Below, in pieces: positions 60,501 to 64,000 of a stretch of DNA of 64,000 nucleotides; position 1 is the stretch's first letter, and each line of letters begins with the position of its first letter. The notes below the pieces were generated by a model that was not told where the DNA came from, ran no database searches, and saw nothing but the letters and a program-made list of their open reading frames with translations. The translations under genes were made by a program, and so were the position numbers. The stretch is from the human T2T-CHM13v2.0 reference genome, Homo sapiens: NCBI GenBank assembly GCA_009914755.4, contig CP068257.2, positions 23,872,001 through 23,936,000 on the forward strand. The letters are read 5' to 3'.

Positions 60501-60711
60501 ATTAATCCAAGAACTAGTCACCCTACTTTATTAGAGAAGAGAAAAGCTAATGATTTGATTTGCAGAATATTTAAGGTTTGGATTTCTATGCAGTTTTTCT
60601 AAATAACCATCACTTACAAATATGTAACCAAACGTAATTGTTAGTATATTTAATGTAAACTTGTTTTAACAACTCTTCTCAACATTTTGTCCAGGTTATT
60701 CACTGTAACCA

Positions 60712-60717
60712 AATAAA
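60712..60717 (+). terminator. MIR155HG: Polyadenylation signal AATAAA (candidate MIR155HG 3'-end signal)
   Basis: Exact AATAAA in ccaaATAAAtctcatgag, about 1.25 kb into exon 3. Consistent with an approximately 1.5-kb spliced transcript. Confidence 0.5.
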
Positions 60718-60906
60718 TCTCATGAGTCTTTAGTTGATTTAAAATAATTTTTATGGCCCATTTTCTTTTGCAAAGTACAAATTATAATTCCAGAAGCTAT
60801 CTGCCAAAAAAAGACAATGGAAGAAAATTATGAGGACACTAAAGGGAACATTCCTGACTCCTAGGACACAGTATTCTCATGTAAGAATACCCATTTGGCT
60901 TTGCCC

Positions 60907-61002
60907 CACTTTCTGTTCAAGTTGTATGTGCTGCCAAGACAAATTTCTTCTCCTCACTTTCTGTTCAAGTTGTATGTGCTGCCAACACAAATTTCTTCTC
61001 CT
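60907..61002 (+). repeat. Tandem duplication: 48-bp unit x2 (1 mismatch)
   Basis: cactttctgttcaagttgtatgtgctgccaaGacaaatttcttctcct followed immediately by the same unit with G to C. Explains the duplicated peptide PHFLFKLYVLP in ORFs 60830-61101. Confidence 0.9.
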
Positions 61003-61003
61003 A

Positions 61004-61368
<365 letters not shown>

Positions 61369-61614
61369 GTGTCTGTTCAATTCATTTTATCTGCCACTGT
61401 ATATCTACAAGAGGACTCCTTGCTTTGAGTCCCAGTTCTTCAAAATCCTGCTTGCTGCCTAAAGACACAAAGTCATAGAACATTAGGACTGGAATAAACT
61501 ATTGTAGTATAACCTTCCTGCTGTTACAATAAAAAGCTATAAACATTACAAAGGCACTTAAAGAAAAGCTGTGCTAGGAAATGCCTTATTTGAAGAGCAT
61601 TTGGGTACACTCAC

Positions 61615-61770
61615 ATGAAGCTTTGGAAAGTTACTTAATCTTCCTCTAAGCCTCAATTTCTTCATCAATAAAATGATGAATATATTTCATATTTCATAAG
61701 ATGTAGGCTTAAATGAAATCATGCATGTGAAAAGCACAATGTCTATTATGCATTAAGTGTTAAACACAAA
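61615..61770 (+). mobile_element. MIR SINE fragment
   Basis: gaaagttacttaatcttcctctaagcctcaatttcttcatcaataaaatgatgaat...ggcttaaatgaaatcatgcatgtgaaaagcacaatgtctattatgcattaagtgttaaaca. Confidence 0.5.
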
Positions 61771-62059
61771 CTTTCAAACTTTTACATTTCAGTCATTTAA
61801 ATCAAATGATCTACCATAGCAGATCTCCCCAAAGACACTCTAGCTCCAAACTAACTATAATCAATCCCGTGGTGACGACCCAAAGAACCAGGGTTCCTGG
61901 GTTTTCTCTCACGCCCAGCCCACCTAGGCTTCTGACTGCCTATCTCCTCATCTTAGAGGGATTCCTCCTGACCAGTCATTACAAAAATTCTTGGAGCATG
62001 AGCAAGACTGAGTCTGTGTTTGGATTGGAGGAAGGGGTAAGTAACAAGGTATATATATG

Positions 62060-62063
62060 TATA

Positions 62064-62094
<31 letters not shown>

Positions 62095-62095
62095 T
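62060..62095. repeat. (TA)n/(GT)n/(GC)n compound microsatellite
   Basis: atatatatgtatatgtgtgtgtgtgtgtgtgtgcgcgcgcgtttgtgtt. Confidence 0.9.
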
Positions 62096-62617
62096 TGTGT
62101 TTAAGTTACAAACTAAGGATGGTTTTAAAAAATTGCAAAATGTTAAGAGATTTATCTAGGATCTGACCCACTTCCCCAGAAATTTACGGAATTCAAGACC
62201 AAGCCTTTCGTATTCACTGTCATCAGTTAGATGGACCCAGTAGCTAAAAAATTAAGGAGAAAAAAAATAGAGGAATATGAGGGAAAAAGTCAAGTCAGAG
62301 GACTGAAGAATATATACAGAAGATAGAATATTAGAAATTTTCTGAAAATAGATGATAGCAAATACCTCAAGAAAGTGAGGAAACGTGAAAAGGGAGCTTA
62401 AAGAAAAATAATAGAGTCCATACATGGGACACAAGCACAAAAAGCTGACTGAGCATGTGGTTCTCTACTAATAATAACTGGAAAACAGTGAAACCAGCAG
62501 GAAAAACTTGCACATAAGAGTTTAACTTTCCACTTTGGGTTTCAAATTCTCCCATAGCAATAAGAGTAAGTGAAATAATGTTCACATAAGGATTTTTTTT
62601 TTTCTATTACTGTAGTG

Positions 62618-62950
<333 letters not shown>

Positions 62951-64000
62951 TGTTACTGTAGTGTTTTAACAAATCTAAGTGTAATAGTATTAGTCTTCAT
63001 TCATCTAAGACATACAAGTACTGGAATTTTTTAGGTGGGTTCCTCAAATGTCATCACAGTGGTGTCTTCTCTACATTCAGTCACTCTTCCGCCCTTCTCT
63101 GTAATGCTCAGGGATTTCCCAGTTCACTAGCACTTAACATAGTATGTCCTTACTTACTTTGGGGTATAAATGACTGCAATAGAAGAAGTGATATCCTTGA
63201 GGGATGAAACACGATCTTGCATATTCATATCCCTTTCAAATGTTTACTGACTTAATCACACCATTAGTTTTCTAAGTCCAAGTCTAAAAACAGAAATGAG
63301 TTTAAATACAGTGAACATTTCATTTTCACTATACCACTAAGCTGAAAGAAATGATTTTTGGTAAATAAAAGTTCATCACAGTGAAAAGTTCTACATATAA
63401 CTGAAGATCAAAGGATTCTCACCTGGGAAGCTTGTCAAGATGCATGTTCCCAAGCTCCCAGGCTCCCACTCCCAGAGATTCTAATACTGTAATGGAGCTG
63501 AGGACACTACATTTTTAACAGGCTGACCAGGTAGTTCAGATTCAGGTGGTTCCTAAACCAACTCTGAGGAAGTAGTGGTTTTATATACGATGCTACTGTT
63601 GATGTGGCTACTAGGAATGGTGCTCAGCAGAAATCCTGCAACATATGGATCTGTTTACACACTATTCACTGTGTAATGAGAGTCTGCAACATAGGCTAAG
63701 TGATAAGAGATGTCTTGTGGTTGACCTCTCTGGAGATAAGCAGCAATGAAATTCCAATGAAGTTTCATCATCTCTCATCACCAAAACCATCCTAACCACC
63801 TCAATAAAATACACCTGACTTCCCCCGCTCCCCCGACCCACCACCCCAAAACCAGCTGCCCTATGTTCTACCAAAAGCTGCAACCAACCAATGACCTGAT
63901 ACTAACCCCAATCTATCAGCTGCTGCCTAGTGCAACAGAGAGGGAAAGTCAATGAGAAGGAATTGGGTGCCAGTTCTTGCTTTGCAAGGAGTGGGTTGAC

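Larger units (their letters stand above)
59469..60742 (+). ncRNA. MIR155HG: MIR155HG (BIC) terminal exon 3 containing the pre-miR-155 hairpin. 3' end inferred from the AATAAA at 60712 (end +/-15 bp)
   Basis: Acceptor ttctttctctcttgcAG|GTGGCACAAACCAGGAAGGGG at 59467-59468. The hairpin begins 87 nt into the exon. AATAAA at 60712-60717. Confidence 0.75.

Overview
This window is human (primate) nuclear DNA, not a prokaryotic or phage sequence. It contains canonical Alu, L1, MIR, MaLR/ERV LTR and MADE1 elements, and roughly half of it is transposon-derived. Most ORFs in the six-frame track are spurious, being either Alu/L1 read-through or chance ORFs in a GC-rich promoter.

The one clear gene is the miR-155 host gene MIR155HG (BIC), located on chr21q21.3 in the reference genome. 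A CpG-island promoter at about 47.1-48.2 kb carries an AP-1 site (TGAGTCA, 47661-47667) and a TATA box (TATAAAAG, 47677-47684). The non-coding exon 1 ends at a GT donor at 47834. A strong candidate exon 2 lies at 55415-55499. Exon 3 (59469 to about 60742) contains the pre-miR-155 hairpin (59556-59620). Its arms match mature miR-155-5p (UUAAUGCUAAUCGUGAUAGGGGUU) and miR-155-3p (CUCCUACAUAUUAGCAUUAACA) exactly, and an AATAAA signal sits at 60712.

The 47 kb upstream of the promoter is a gene-poor, repeat-dense stretch. It holds a near full-length decayed L1 (about 3.95-11.26 kb) with nested MADE1 and Alu insertions, and an L1PA 3' portion interrupted by a nested LTR (about 16.1-18.2 kb). It also holds a complete MaLR LTR-internal-LTR element with an Alu inside (about 29.0-31.8 kb), and several solo LTRs, three of which carry microsatellites at the homologous position.

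I found no CRISPR array, operon, defence or secretion module, and no well-supported protein-coding exon. The 'undescribed system' suggested by the prompt is not supported. The biologically important content is the known MIR155HG/miR-155 locus. All coordinates are hand-counted and should be treated as +/-10-20 bp unless stated exact.
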